Source: Octopus vulgaris
Lineage: Eukaryota
Direction of reading: 5' to 3'
Assembly: GCA_951406725.2 (NCBI GenBank)
Contig: OX597814.1
Coordinates: 127,596,001-127,660,000, forward strand
DNA length: 64,000 nucleotides
A program made the position numbers and the translations under genes. Below are positions 11,425-25,977 of this stretch, piece after piece; position 1 is the stretch's first letter; every line of letters starts with the position of its first letter. Under the pieces are notes generated by a model that did not search any database, was not told the origin of the DNA, and saw only the letters and a program-made list of their open reading frames with translations.

Positions 11425-12076
11425 TAGTGACCGGGACTTCTGGAAATATGCTGTGCTTGAGACAACTCAGCAAGCGCAAGTGAGACCATAACCTTGTGGA
11501 CTATGCCAAGGGTGTAACCAGTGCACTTATGCGTGCCTTTCCTTCATTGGACACTAAACTCTGCTTGCGAAGACCTGTTGAGGCAATCAAAATCGAAATC
11601 AAACTCAGTGACTGGCATGCGTTGCTAGTGGAATGCTAAGAGTACTATACGAGTGAGATCGTTGCCAGAGCAACAAGCTGGCCTTCATGCCGATAGCATG
11701 TTAAAAACACCATTCGAGCATGATCGTTACCTGCGTTGCCTTACTAGCACTTGTGCTGGTGGCACGTGAAAAAAAAACAAAAAACATTGAAGCGAGGTCG
11801 TTGCCAGTGTCGCTGGACTGGCTCCTGTGCAGGTGGCACATAAAAAGCACCATTTGAGCGTGGCTGTTGCCAGTAACACCTAACTGGCCCTCGTGCCGGT
11901 GGCACATAAAAGCACCCACTACACTCTCAGAGTGGTTGGCGTTAGGAAGGGCATCAAGCTGTAGAAACTCTGCCAGATCGGATTGGTGCAGACATCTGGT
12001 TCGCCAGTCCTCAGTCAAATCGTCCAACCCATGCTAGCATGGAAAGCGGACGTTAAACGATGATGATGATGATGAT
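11425..12076 (+). mobile_element. RTE LINE 3' end with tandem ~60-bp structured repeats
   Basis: Starts in the last RT codons (DRDFWKYAVLE), then the repeat array, the conserved ggaagggcatc-agctgtagaaac block and a (GAT)n tail. Confidence 0.8.
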
Positions 12077-13449
12077 TATGAATGGGTACAACAGGAATGG
12101 CGGAATGTTTGTCAGGCTGACAGAGCAGAATTTCAGATGTTCAAGAGTAATTAATATGTAATAATACTTATGAAATGAAGTAATCAGTAGAAGCTAGATC
12201 AATATACTGAATTACACCTCTATATTTAGAAGATCAATGTACTTCAGGCTGCTCACAAGATATACAGGTGATCATCTGTGACACCTGGGTAATAATATAA
12301 TTAGTGTTGAGATGGTTGCAATGAAAATAGCTGAACAAAGAATAGTGAAAGAATTTCAGCAATCTGTTACTTGTGTGTCACAACAAAGGGTTTCTCTCAT
12401 TGTGAAGTATACATATAAATAGTGAGATATGGCCATTGAATGTGAAAGATCTGAGGAAGTTAGAGAGAAATGAAATGATTATGACCTGTTGCAAGTGTAA
12501 AGTTATTTGGAACAAAAGACAAATGGAAAAAACAAACAAACAAGTGAATTGTAAGGAGGGCTGAGTATTAAAAGAAGTTGTTAAAGTGTGCAAGGGAAAT
12601 AACTACTCTGGTAAGGATATGTTATGTGAGTGAAGGATGAGGCACGTTCATTCTTTCATTTTATGCCTGTTTTTCCATACTAGGATGGGTTACATGAATA
12701 TTATTGAGGCATTGTTTTACAGTATGATGCTCTACCTCAAAAACAAAGCTGTCTGTTTTTCAAGTAAAGAATCTCTAAATCAAAATGTTTTTGAAAGCCC
12801 AGAGCTAGAAAATGCCAGCAAATTTTAAAACTTGTAATCCAGTTGGTCATGTGAAGCATACAGAATGTAAACTCACAAACGAACACATGCACATATACAT
12901 TGTGTGTGTGTGTGTGTATTCACTCACAAGTTATTTGATTGGTGTGGAGCTACAGTAGAAGATGCTTGACCAAGATGCCACAGAGGAACTGAATCAAAAG
13001 CCATCTGGTTGAAAACAAGCTTTTTAACCTCACAGCCATACCTATAATTAAGGTCTCAGTAAAAATGTGGTATACATGATAATATTAGAGGCTACTGATG
13101 GAATAGATGGACCAAAGAAAATGTGAGAAATAGTGACACTTGATCTCAGAATGTTAAGCCTCAAAGAAGAGAGGGTGAAAGACTGAGTGACTAGTTATAC
13201 ACTTTATGGCTGACCCAGCTAACTCCTGCCAGCATAAAAATCATATGTTGAAATATTGATGAGGATGATGATGAGTTGTAAATAACAATATCTACAAACT
13301 CCAACTTGTCACCTAATGATGCAAGACAATGCCTTATACTGCACTGAACTATGCCTACAATCCAGGGAACAAGAAGTCTGATATTTAAGCCAAAATTACA
13401 TCTCTACATTTCACAGATATCATACTAGTGGCTTTCTACAGTTCTCAAA

Positions 13450-14560
13450 ACGTCTACTATCACAGTTATTTAAGATAATATGAAAGACTAAATCTAAAGC
13501 TGCTCACTTCAAAAGTATGGGGTGGTTGTACCATCAATAAGCAGAGCACTCATTCCTTATGTCCAGACTGTTGCTAGAATATAGACCTAGATATAGTGAT
13601 TCTGGTATTGGCATCAAGGTGATTTTAGTAATTAGTTGTCTCAATTCCATGTTTTACTGGAGATAATGGTTAACTTTGTATTTGGACCTCAGTGTTGTAA
13701 AACATATTCTTGCTATTTATTCCATGTTTGTTTGGATCAATTAAATTAAGTTTGTTGTAATATTGGTTATTTAAAACAGTTGGTACCTCTTACTTGCAAT
13801 ATCTTCATCTTGTTCAGGAATTAAAAACAATTCTGTATATGTCAGACAAGACCTAAGTTAAAGAGTCTTTACACAGGGAATTCCAAGACCCCGTCTTTAG
13901 AGAAAGTACAATGCTAATAACAAATAATAATTAGTCAAGATAATTTCTGCTGTGCTACTGATACACCATAGTCAAGAATATGGTGGGATTGTAGTTTCAG
14001 AAATCAAGTGTATTAGAGTAGATTATAACCATGAAGTTCTTCTTGCATTTAATCATGTAAATTTTTAGCCCTGATGAAGTGTGTAAAAAAAACTCTGATA
14101 TTTCTGCATAGAAAGCACCATTTTTATGGGTTCACAACTTTCTTTAATTTGCAATAGAAATATTAAGGGCTCAAACAGCCATAAAAGGGTATCACAAACC
14201 ATAGTAGCTTATAAACTCTTTATACAATTATTCCATGGCTTTCTTTGTTTAACCAAATACTGTGTTAGTGAGTGACCACATTACCGCGTTTGTTATGTTT
14301 ACACACTGAGTGTAAACCACTGGCCTGTTATAAGCGCTACCTTGAATTATAGTCTTTGGTCCGATTATGATATACACGAGAATTGTCTTGATGACCTTCT
14401 CTGAGCCCTGAGATTGGTGGCAGTAAGCTAACTTCTGATCAGAGACCTGGCTAATGCTTGCAACAGAGTGGATACTGCTAATGTACCTATAGACCAGTGA
14501 TGGTGTTAAACAGTTTGATGCAATAAGTCTAACACCTACAATTCTCAACCCTGTACATCC
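13450..14560 (-). mobile_element. Possible highly decayed Gypsy-type LTR retrotransposon relic
   Basis: LAYCHQSQGSEKVIKTI in ORF 14249-14548 resembles the integrase motif AYHPQSxGxxERxxxTL. Little other support. Confidence 0.25.
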
Positions 14561-15744
14561 CAGAGTAACTATTTGGATATTCAGAAATTTAACATTTGAG
14601 ACTAGTATGCAGGAACAAAGAAATACAACTTAGTAGGAGTCCTTAATAGGATCAACAAAGGAAACACAGACCATTGAACTTATTCATCACACTAGAAGAC
14701 TAAAGAGCAGAATTGATCATCATCATTATCATTGTCATCATCCACTTTTTCATGCTTGCACAGGTCAGAATTCATTAAGGCAGCTTTTCTACAGCCAGAT
14801 GCCCTTCTTGTTTCCAAGCAAGGTAATGTTTCTCCATGGCCAGACATGTTTTCAGGGACAATTGGAAACAAATGACACCACTTCTATGATGATGATGACA
14901 CTTATTTACATCTATTGCAGCTCTGGGCTACAGCAGATGACATTTGCCCAAAGTACTGCAAAATGGGCACACAGTTTTGCCTGTGTCTATAGAGCTATAT
15001 ATCTATGCCTTTGTTAGTAAAGGACACAGTATTAAAGATTTTTTTTAAATATGAATCTTTACAGCTCTGGTGTATAAAGCAAATTAGAAAGAAATGCTTC
15101 CTCTTGGCTCAGACAAAGGCATTTTACAGGTAGGTTTTTCTACAAGAGAAATTGAACTCAGAACTATGTCAAAGAAATACATGTCAATCTCAGAGGGTTG
15201 TTATACAAGTGGTAACTACTTAAGACTAGGAGTTACTTAGCACTAAATTTCCTGGCCATAAATATAATACAATAGTAGTGACAGAACAACTGGGTCACTG
15301 TATCTTCAGTTGGTTGTCCAATATCAAGTCAAACCAGCTATTTGTGTTCTTTAGGACTCGTTAATATGGTAACAAAAGGCAATAAAAATATAGACAGATA
15401 ACAGGAACTGTTGGAAACATTTAATAACTATCTAGGAATAATGTGGTGAGTATCAAGTAAAGATATTTAATTTGGTAACACTGCTGTTAACTAAATAATA
15501 ATCAGCTGCAAGTGAGCCCTGGTCCAGCAAACCTACAATCAAATGCATTCAAACCATGGCTAACCTCTTTTACTTTCAGGAATACAGTATCTTGAATTAC
15601 ATTATCTGATGTGTCTTTTCAAGATGGTAGGATATAGTTTGAGGGAATTTTGGCTGCATTTAGTGGGTTGAACACCCACCTAGAGGCATCCAAGTAACTA
15701 GCAGAAGTTAAAACTAATATATCAGGTAATGAAGGCTATAGGGT

Positions 15745-16172
15745 AGGTATGGCTCTGAAGTTAAGCCTACTTCCCAACCATGTGGTCTTAGGTTCAGTCC
15801 CACTGTACAGCTCCTTAGGCAAGTGTCTTCTAATATAACCCCAAGCTGACCAAAGCCTTATGAGTAGATTTGGTAGGTATAAACTGAAAGAAGCCTGTCA
15901 TATTCATAAATATATACATGTTTGTGTGTGTGTGTGTCCTTACCTAGACATCATGTGATGGTTGCAAATGAGCATCATCATCATATAAGCAATGTTGTTC
16001 ATTTCCAGACTTCCATGACAAACATATCTAGCTTTGGGAAAATATTACCTTGCTCGAAAACAAGTGAAGGCTGATGACAGGAAGAGCATCCAGCTAAAGA
16101 AAATCTGCCTCAATTAAATTCCATCTGACACATGCAAACATGGAAAAGTAGATACAAAAGTGATGATGATGA
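15745..16172 (+). mobile_element. CORE-type tRNA SINE, tail type 2 (RTE-like 3' end)
   Basis: Same head and CORE as 10727-11120, but ends in ggaagagcatccagct...catgcaaacatggaaaag...(GAT)n. Similar copies at 51620-52030 and 52467-52845. Confidence 0.7.
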
Positions 16173-19100
16173 GTTAACATGCAAAAGAGGTGAGGTAGTT
16201 CAGATAGCTTTTTTAGGTTCTCCTCAACTGGGTTAGGTTAATTATAGGTTAATAAAGGCTATTTAGCAGGAGACAGAAAGAAGATAGTTTAACAGTGAAG
16301 TGCCAATAGCTGAAGAGTTGTTTATGTAGCAAATATATATTTTGAATGCACTCTAACATGTATTGACATTAGAGAGTCTAGCACTGTTTTAGATAGATGA
16401 ACATTATTCTACTCAAGGGAATATTTGAATTTTGATAGAGTTATTGACATGAAGAGGAAATCCAGTTATTGTAATGAAGCACTGGCCAAAAGGAAAATGT
16501 GGTGTTAGTATGAAAGGTTAGAACAGACTGTAAGACCTAGCATTTGTTAAGATCCAGTAGTTTAATGCTTAAAGTTCATAAGGGCTAGAACTTGGGGAAC
16601 TTTTTATGATAGTAAAATAGGCAGAACATGCATGGTATAATGTGTCAGAAGAGTGGTATTACATGGTAATGGGACATGAATTCTTAAGACATATTAAACT
16701 GAGTTTCTGAAGGAGAAAATATTTAAACCCTTTTGATACCAACTAGCCAGTGGGGTGGCATCATTCAAAAGCTAAAATAATGCAAAGCACACTGTGACCA
16801 GCGATGTATAACAACATTCACTAATCTGGTCAATCACATGATTGTGATACCAATTTACCTGAAATAATCTGGTTCTTTGATACAAAACTGCCTGTTTTCA
16901 AGACAGTTCATCACTATTTTATGCAAGAACAATTTAAGTCATGTTCTCATTACAGGCATGGCTGTGTGGTAAGAAGTTTGCTTCTCAACCATAAGGTCCT
17001 GAGTTCAATCCCACGGAGTGGAACCTCAGGTAAATGTTTCCTATTACAAGCACCATAGCCTACAGTAGATTTCATAAGACAGAAACTGAAGGGATACCAT
17101 TATATGCATGCGTGTGTGTGTACATGTATATGTATGTGTGTATGTGTATACAGGTATGTGTGTGTGTACATGTATATATGTGTGTACATGTATGTGTGTG
17201 TATGTCTTTGTGTTTGTCCTCACATCCACTCAAACGACTGGCATTGGTTTGTTTATATCCCCATAACTTAGCAGTTTTGCAAAAGAGATCAGTAAAATAA
17301 GTACCAGGCTTTAAAAAGTAAGTACTGGGGGTCATTTTGTTCGACTAAATCACTTCAAGGAAGTGCCCCAGCGTGACCACAGTGATTGAAACAAGAAAAA
17401 GATAAAAAATAAATCTCAACAGGTGCAAGAGTGGCTGTGTGATAAGAAGCTTGCTTCCCAACTACATGGTTCCAGGGGCCGACCAAAGCCTTGTGAAAGG
17501 ATTTGGTAGATGGAAATAGAATGAAGCCCGTCACTGGTTGGAATTAGGAAGGGCATCCAGCTGTAGAAACTCTGCCAGATCAAGATTGTAACCTGGTGCA
17601 GCCATCTGGTTTGCCAGTCCTCAGTCAAATCATCTAACCCATGCTAGCATGGAAAGCGGACGTTAAACGATGATGATGATGATGATGATATGTATATATT
17701 TGTGTGTGTCTGTGTTTATCACCCTATCATCACTTGACAACTGATGCTGGTGTGTTTACATCCCAGTAACTTAGTGGTTCGGCAAAAGAGACCGATAGAA
17801 TAGGTACTAGGTTTACAAAGAATAAGTCCTGGGGTCAATTTGTTCGACTGAAGGCAGTGCTCCAGCATGGCTGCAGTCTAATGACTGAAACAAGTAAAAG
17901 AATAGACATACACGTAACAAGTTATTTTGCTAAATGCAACCAAATTGTTATCAAAATGAATAGAAACATAGAGGGGAGCCTACTGCATTGGAAATATGGT
18001 TACGAGAATGTTAGAAATAGCACTGGAGAAATCTTACAAATATACATTTACTGGAAATAACTTGATTAGGAAATTGAATAATGATTGTGATGATTGGATA
18101 TATGAAGAAAACTGGATAAAATTGTACAATGATCTTGTAAAGAAGCTCCAAGAATTGAACCTCTTGTCAGTCTTCCAGTGATATTATGACACACAATGTC
18201 TATTGCAGGGGTCGGGGACAATTTAAGGATTAATTTTATTTTTATGTTTTATATATCTTTAAAGCTATGATATGGTATTTCAGTATGTTTGCATTATCAC
18301 ACACGTGGAAGCTCTAAAAGTGTCAAAGCTTGAATAGTTCAATCAAAAAAAAAAAATCTGTTCAACAACTGAATGAATGCAAATTTTTAGAAATGTCAGA
18401 ATAATTAAAAACATTAAAAAGGCTTCAGTTTTCTTAATTTTGTTCTAAAAAAAAAAAACTTTCGATGTACGCGCTATTTAAAGGTAGATAACTCTGTATC
18501 ATCATGATTAATAGTCTTCTTCAGAATTTCATTACTCTTCAAAAATTACATTTGACATTTGATACAAGGTGATCGAGTTAAAAATAAAGTCTCTACGGTG
18601 GCCACTCAAGCCATTAGAAATAGCAACCAAATCCCCTTCGAATCTCAACATTTTCAAAACTGAAAGACACAGAGGATAATGTAGTCATAGGTATAATATT
18701 GGTGCAGGTTAAGAAGTTTGTTTCACTATTACATTGAGTTCAAATCCAACATACGAAATCCCTGGGCAAATATCTTCTACTATATATAACCTTGTGAGTA
18801 CAATTTGGTAGATGAAAGATGTAAAGAAACCTGTCAAAGGAACCGTTTTTGTTCTTAGATGGGAGACTTAATCATAATGAATTGTCATGTCTTAACACTC
18901 TGATTTGAATATGTTAATTGCTGCTGTGTTTCATTATTGTAGAACAATTTCTTCTTTCAGATGAATGCATGTTCATAAAACACTAGATTCATTATCATAG
19001 TCTGGTTTAAACTCACCACGTGGCACATTGGGTACCTTCAGTGGAGTCTTTGCTGCAAGTATTTAGAGCAGGTCTCTGATCTGAGGATAATTTCTTCCCA

Positions 19101-22100
19101 TTAATCTCAGAGACCCTGAAAAGGATCATGGGCATCTTTATGTTCCGAATTCAAATTCCATTGAGGCTGACTTTGCCTTTCATCCTTTTGGGGTTAATAA
19201 AATAAGTACTGACTGAGCACTGGAGTTAATGCAATCAACTTAGCCACTCCTACATAACTGTGCCAAAATTCGAAACCAATATTACATAACATATAGCTAC
19301 CTATTACGTCTAAGTCAAAGACACACACTCTAGAAGACTTGCTTCACAAAAACATAATATGCTGATGAGTCAGATTAAAACAATAATTTCTGCACTAGTT
19401 AGCACTTAAGCTAGAAACTACCAACTTATGTCATACAGTACATCTTTATCATTTACACAATACATAGAAAATCCAAAGAAATACTTAATTGTACAGTCCA
19501 GTCACTAATATATCCTTTGGTTCAGCTAATGCGGGAAGCTTCTACATGGCAACTAGAATAGCAGCCAATCTCCTTCAAATCACTCCCTACCAATAAAAAA
19601 ACTATTTCAATGTTTTGGTCCCTGATGCACAGTGCCTAGGGAAAAAATAGGATGGTCTTGGTTGGAATTTCTTTCATTATAGGTCTCCATTGGGTCTAAA
19701 ACCAACAATATTTGGTCAAAATAATTAATTCCCAATACTAGGATTGCCATGGCACATATTTGACCCTCTCTATAATGCTCTACTCCTCCCTCTTTTATCC
19801 TTATCACCTTAGCTCTCTCTCTCACCATTTTACAATATATACATAAAGGACTTTCCGTTTTGAAAATGTTGAGATTCGAAGGGGATTTGGTCGCTATTTC
19901 TAATGGCTTGAATGACCACCGTAAAGACCGCATGTACTCCATATACCCTACCTATACTCCCCATTGGCCATTTGGTATCAACATACATCATTCACTTTCA
20001 CCATTTATCCATCCCTTGCTATCCATGACTCTCATCCTTATCATTTCTAATTTTGGTGCCATAAAATAAACAAAATAAAATGCACCCAGTACACTCTGTA
20101 AAGTGGCTGGTGTTAGGAAGAGCATCAAGCCATAGAAACCAAGCCAAAATCAAACGTAGAAGCCAAGTGTGGTCCTTTAACCCGTCTAGAAGACAGGCAA
20201 CAACTCATGCTAGCAAGGCAAACAAAGGTAAAAGAACGATGATGATGTTTTTACCAGCAATACAGCAAGTCTTGGTCCTCACTAGTTCTGTATATGGGCC
20301 TGCCATTTTTCTGTTGTCATAAACCACAGCAAATTATTAACCATCCAAAACAATGTTCTCTAGCCCATAACAAGCCACATACATCACAACTAACTACTGA
20401 ACACAATCCTAAGTGTTGAATTTCTAACTCCATGTAAACATTACCTGCAGTCAGTCGTCACAACTCTGAATGTTCATGGTTATGGCATGACTTGATAACC
20501 TCTCTCTTTGATGGTCGGCTTTTGTCAAGTTTGTCAAGGGACATAATTCAATTATTTTAACTGGACAATACTATAAATGACTGATCAAACCAGTTACCTA
20601 GAGGCATACTGACAACATACTAGAACATTATAATATCATTCTTCAGTTAGTCATTTAACAAACCCAAGTACAGAAAAAAAATTCCAAAATCATCAGTTTC
20701 CTGTGTTACCAGCCAGTAATACATCTTCTGAAATCAAATCTATCATACACTGGCTGAAACTACATAGTCCATACATGAGCCAAAGTAAGCCTCTGCCCAA
20801 GTGTTTGACCTGCTAGAAACAGCGACCAGATCCCACTCATATCATTCTCTACCATCTTAAAGAAGGAAAGACACTTTGTATAATATATCCAAAGATGCAT
20901 GCTATATGAAAAAAGTGATCATAGCAGGAACATCTTTGATCATAGGTATGGTGGATCATGACTAACCTAGAGCTAAACAAACTATTATGGTAGCTATGTT
21001 CACTGTTAGAAAACACAAGTAACTGGACAATAAAGTAAACTGAATATATTCTATTTACCAAACTAGGTACTTTATTTAAGCAGATCTATGGTGTATTTGT
21101 GAAGCCCTCCCAAATATATGAATAGCTGCTTGGACCTAAATGTAGGAATAAAATGTTGGGTGGGTTTTCTTCCTTAAAGAAACAGGGAACACAAGATCAA
21201 TACCTATTAATACCAAGGAGGGAAATACTTAGCAGATGAGTTAGTTTAAATTCCTCACTCTCTTAGTCTGACTATATACTCAAAAATAAAATATTGATAA
21301 AAAGGGTTTCTTGATCAGGGCTGACCCGGAACTAAACAACAATGGTTTATTGTCTATCTTTACATTGGTGAGTTGCATAGCTTATAAGGCTATAACTGAA
21401 TACTATCTTCATATAGTTCACCTGGGGCAAGCCAGCTTGGTGAATATCATCAATCTTCAAGTAATAACCACAGGAACTGAACTCATCAACCCTCGGACAT
21501 TACTGTCTTGAATCTGTAGATTCACAGGGATGGTTAACTGGTTTCCATAATATATAAGCGACTGAGACCATAACATCCCCCCTCAATGGAATGCCTGTCC
21601 ATGGCAGGGTTACATGTTTACAGCTGAGTGAATTAGAGCAACATAAATATTTTGCCCAAGAACACAATGCACGACCTGGTCCAGAAACTGAAACCACAAT
21701 TTTGCAATCCTGAGTATAACAGCCTAACCACTAGGCTATGTGCCAGCACTCATTGAATTCAACACTACAAATAGACAAAACACTTATTTTTAGTGCAGTA
21801 ACCTTTTACTGTAAGGCAGACTGCACTGAGTTATCTGAGAGTGAAACAGTGTTGCCAAAGATACAGTACAGTGGTTGATTGTTGGTTACCTTATTGATTC
21901 AGCCTTGCAACTGTGACAGAGTAGAACAGTTCATAAGAGTCCTCACTAACCAGCTCCTTACCTCTTTTTCTTGAACTCAAATTACAGTGGATGCAACTGT
22001 CCTCCATCCCTTCAGGGTCAATAAAATTAATACTAATATATCAGAGGCAAACTATAAGGAACTATACACTACCTTTATCTTTAGTGAAGATTACAGTATT

Positions 22101-23441
22101 GTTAATCTCAATCTTTAGAATAATCAGCTCAAAGTTTTTCAAAAATGGTGCTATTTTCTATTTCCATATTCCTTTGACAATATTTTGGGTAAATATCCAT
22201 GTTGGGCATTTCTATTTCACACTCTGTAAATATAAAGTATTGAACAACAATGATTATCATTGAGACACTGTGAGGAAGCAGTGACTGGACTCCAGAATAT
22301 TCAATGATACAATATCTATTTACCTGATATGACAGTCAACTTAACCAAAGTAACTCTTGCCAAGTTCAAGAGAGTGCTTCTAAAAGCTGTAACTATAGTA
22401 AGTCTGAAATAGAGCATAAGTTAATAAAATACTCATCAAATATAAAATGCGTCTACTGCTTATATTGAACTACACTTCTCTATAGTACATTTGTTATGAA
22501 CTTTCTCATTGATTTCCACAAAGGAATATTCCAGTTGCTTAACTAATAGAACCACTTATCTATTATAGGGTATTGCTTATAAGCTTGTAAAAAATGAACT
22601 GTAGACAAGGACTTTTACTGCAGACTAGTTATAGAACTAGATGGTAGAAAAGGGACTTCTGGTGAGGTAGGTAACAAGATCTGGGCGGTAGGGGTGGGTG
22701 AATCACTCTTTTTCACATTTGTAAATGTTTGACATGCAATAAACAACAGCTCAATAACTGTCATTATTTTATGTGTAATTTAACTAAAGCTATGTTATTG
22801 TATAATAGTGCTAGTAACTAAGTATTCCAGGGACACTTGTACATTTAGCATAATTCTCAGGTCAAATCAGCATACTATATGTAACACTGAGCCTTGGAAT
22901 CACACACATTGTCCATTTGACAAGCTTCCACAAAATTTCCCCCTCTATAATTTCACTGACAAGATTTTAGTCAATCCAAGACGACGGAAGAAGTTATTAG
23001 CTCAAGTTGCAATAAAGTGGAATCAAACTTAGAACCTTGTGATTGTGAAGCAAACTTCTTAACCACACAGATATGTATTCACAGCTAGGTAGAATGGAAC
23101 TGCGAGAATTACATTTTGGTGATGTAGGTGACGAAATGTAAATATATTAACCTTTCAATCAGACACTTTTGCCACAAAGAAAACATAACAAATTTAATGT
23201 CTAAATTAGAAGTCATTAATGATATTTAGACAGGGGACTAAATTTTTATTTTGTGTTACAAATCATTTGAATGTTATCTGAAGTAAAATAGATATTTTGT
23301 TTAGTTCAGTAACATTTCACAGGCGTAACACATGGCTGTCAGCAATATCCTTTCTTCTTCACAGAGGTAACTCAAACATGGATACTAAAACATCCTTATA
23401 TCTTTAAAGTATAATGTTCTAAAAATGTCACTGTCAGATTT

Positions 23442-23485
23442 CAAAACAACAGAACAACCAATGAAATTTTACAAGCCATTTTATT
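23442..23485 (-). terminator. Candidate DDX1 polyadenylation signal
   Basis: AATAAA on the minus strand at 23485-23480, followed about 20 nt later by GU-rich GGTTGTTCTGTTGTTTTG. Confidence 0.55.
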
Positions 23486-23781
23486 TATAATTAAAAAAAG
23501 AAAGCAATTTCTTTTTTTTTTTTTCTTTTCTTCAAGGCAATTTCAAAATACAAAGTTTTTTCAGAGTTATTCCACTGGTCAAGGTGGAAATAAAAAGTCA
23601 AAAAAGAAAAAAAATGTCAAATAAAGCTCACATCATTTATATGAAAACAAAATTGTGAGAAAGCTAAAACATAAAAGATTAATTTTGAAATGCTTATTTA
23701 GTTATTTGGTTATCATTTCAGTTTCTTTTCAGTAGTTGAACAAAATGCACGTTGCCACTTCTTTCTCTAGAAATTCTTCAT

Positions 23782-25977
23782 TTATCGACTTGCAAATTTC
23801 CTGTTATATTTCAAGTCAATAAAAGAGGTTTGTGCTCGTTTCTCCAATATTGCCAATTCAGAAACTGTTGGAGCCAACTGAGCAACATGGCCTTTGTACA
23901 TTGACCCTGTATTTTTGCGCTTCTGTCCATAAGTGACTTTACCATCAAATTCAAAGATTGGAATTTTCATGTCAGGTTGCACTTTATCAATTGTGATGTC
24001 CAAATGTTCTTGAATATCATTCAACAGTTTAGGTTCATCATACCAAATACAACAGCCCCCTCTGTCAGTCAAATTGGTGTTATAGCATCCTTTACCACGA
24101 GATGAACAGTTGGAATGGTACCAGACTTTCTCCTTTTTCACTGCAACCAATGAAACAGCCAAACCCATCCTTTCAGCACGACCAACACGACCAATACGGT
24201 GAATGTAGTTCTGTTTTTCATCAGGTAGAGTAACATTGATGACAAAAGGCAGACCAGTTACATCAATACCTCGAGCTGCTACATCGGTACAAATGAGAAA
24301 TCGAACCTTTCTGTCTTTAAATTTTTGTAGATTAGCCTTACGTTCAGGAGGTTTTCGATCACTGTGAAGACAAACACAGGAATATTTACCTCTTCCCCGT
24401 TCCATTAAGTATTTCTCCATGTTATCACAATCCAACTTTGTTCGGCAGAAAATCAGTCCATGATCTATATTATGCTCATCAATGGCATTTATGGTGTATT
24501 CTCCTTTGAGGATTTTCACAGCTTCAGACATCATCTCAGGAGAAAACAGATTGCCGTGATTATCTTTATAATGAACACCATCAGTTTGAACATGGTGTTT
24601 CAGAGTTTTCCACTGAGTATCAACAGTTGGATCAACCTCACACACAACATGGTGCACAGTCTCGGGGACAGAATCTTGACCCTTTAAATCAATCCAGGTG
24701 GGGAAATACATGATTCTCTCGGCCATTTTCTTCACATCAAATGAATGCAAAGTAGCAGAACAGACGACCATTTGTAAACGATTTCCATCATTAGTTACTT
24801 TAGGAATCTGTTGATGCAGACGGTTGATTAAATCTCCATAGCCTTGAGAGAGCAGACCATCAGCTTCATCAAGCACAAAGAAACGCACTTGATGTAAAGC
24901 TAGCTTCCCAGTTGAAATCAAGTCGTCCATACGACCTGGCGTTCCTACGACAATATCAATTCCTTGCTCCAACTTATCACACTGTTCTTTTGAACTAACA
25001 CCTCCAATAATTAAAAGTTCGCGGATGTTAGGCTCTGCTAAATGTATTTTGAACTTACAAATTTGGGAAAAAGTTTGTTCAGCTAATTCCCTTGAAGGCT
25101 CAATAATGATAGCTTGGGGTGCATTAGGTGCAGGTTTGTGGGTATTTCCACCAGACTCTATCTTGGAAACAAAAATAGAATCTTTCGGTGCTTTAAACAA
25201 AGAGGTCCAACTTTTATCTGGTGGATATTTAAAAGCATTTTCACCAAAATTTATATCCATTTCTGCATTTTTCAAAACAAGAGCTGCAAAGAATTTCTCA
25301 TTTCTTAATGGACCTGGAATATCATAAGCTTTACCAAGATCAATCCCATTTTTTGACCATTTAATCAGTCCTTTCTCCAGATCTAAGTAACACCCAATAA
25401 CATCGTTAATACCAAAAGATTCCCCATATGAATCAAACTGTCTGTTATAAGACTTCTTGCCGGTGCCACCAAACCCGAATCCATTTTTATCAGTACCAAG
25501 ATCAAGGGTAGCTTTGTTTGTCGACCAACCCACACGACAGAGGCCCTCGTCTGTTACAGTAGCTTCATAAAAATAACGTCCACTCTTGCCCAAAACAGCT
25601 TTGTTGGAGCGAACCCCGTGCCAGCCAGAGGGGTCTCTAGCCTGACATAAATGACCCTCGGGGTCAATAGCCATGGCATCGCTCCGGTCGAAGACGTTCA
25701 TTTTCCAATTTTTTGATACATCACCAGTCTTTACTATAGTTTTGCCTTTACCTTTACCTTCAGCTTGATCTTTCAAAGACTCGTGGACAATCTGTATGAT
25801 GGGTAAACAGAAGGCTCCAGTCTTGCCGCTTCCAGTCTCAGCCGCCATCAGCACATCTCCTCCTCCAAGAATCATTGGGATGGCTTCAGATTGCACGTCT
25901 GTCGGTAACATCCAGTCCATCTCTTCAACAGCCTTGCCTAATTCAGGCATTACTCCCATCTCTTCGAAAGCAGTCAT
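23782..25977 (-). CDS. DDX1: ATP-dependent DEAD-box RNA helicase DDX1 (single coding exon, 731 aa)
   Basis: N-terminus [14 protein letters not shown] motif, [12 protein letters not shown]-domain insertion between motifs I and Ia (diagnostic of DDX1), [18 protein letters not shown]; no frameshifts or stops. Confidence 0.97.
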   Translation of the reverse strand: MTAFEEMGVMPELGKAVEEMDWMLPTDVQSEAIPMILGGGDVLMAAETGSGKTGAFCLPIIQIVHESLKDQAEGKGKGKTIVKTGDVSKNWKMNVFDRSDAMAIDPEGHLCQARDPSGWHGVRSNKAVLGKSGRYFYEATVTDEGLCRVGWSTNKATLDLGTDKNGFGFGGTGKKSYNRQFDSYGESFGINDVIGCYLDLEKGLIKWSKNGIDLGKAYDIPGPLRNEKFFAALVLKNAEMDINFGENAFKYPPDKSWTSLFKAPKDSIFVSKIESGGNTHKPAPNAPQAIIIEPSRELAEQTFSQICKFKIHLAEPNIRELLIIGGVSSKEQCDKLEQGIDIVVGTPGRMDDLISTGKLALHQVRFFVLDEADGLLSQGYGDLINRLHQQIPKVTNDGNRLQMVVCSATLHSFDVKKMAERIMYFPTWIDLKGQDSVPETVHHVVCEVDPTVDTQWKTLKHHVQTDGVHYKDNHGNLFSPEMMSEAVKILKGEYTINAIDEHNIDHGLIFCRTKLDCDNMEKYLMERGRGKYSCVCLHSDRKPPERKANLQKFKDRKVRFLICTDVAARGIDVTGLPFVINVTLPDEKQNYIHRIGRVGRAERMGLAVSLVAVKKEKVWYHSNCSSRGKGCYNTNLTDRGGCCIWYDEPKLLNDIQEHLDITIDKVQPDMKIPIFEFDGKVTYGQKRKNTGSMYKGHVAQLAPTVSELAILEKRAQTSFIDLKYNRKFASR

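Noticed and set aside
2314-25977. Functional link between the U6 chimera and nearby DDX1 (a subunit of the RTCB ligase complex)
   Set aside because: They are about 21 kb apart and the protein acts in trans; proximity is most simply coincidence.
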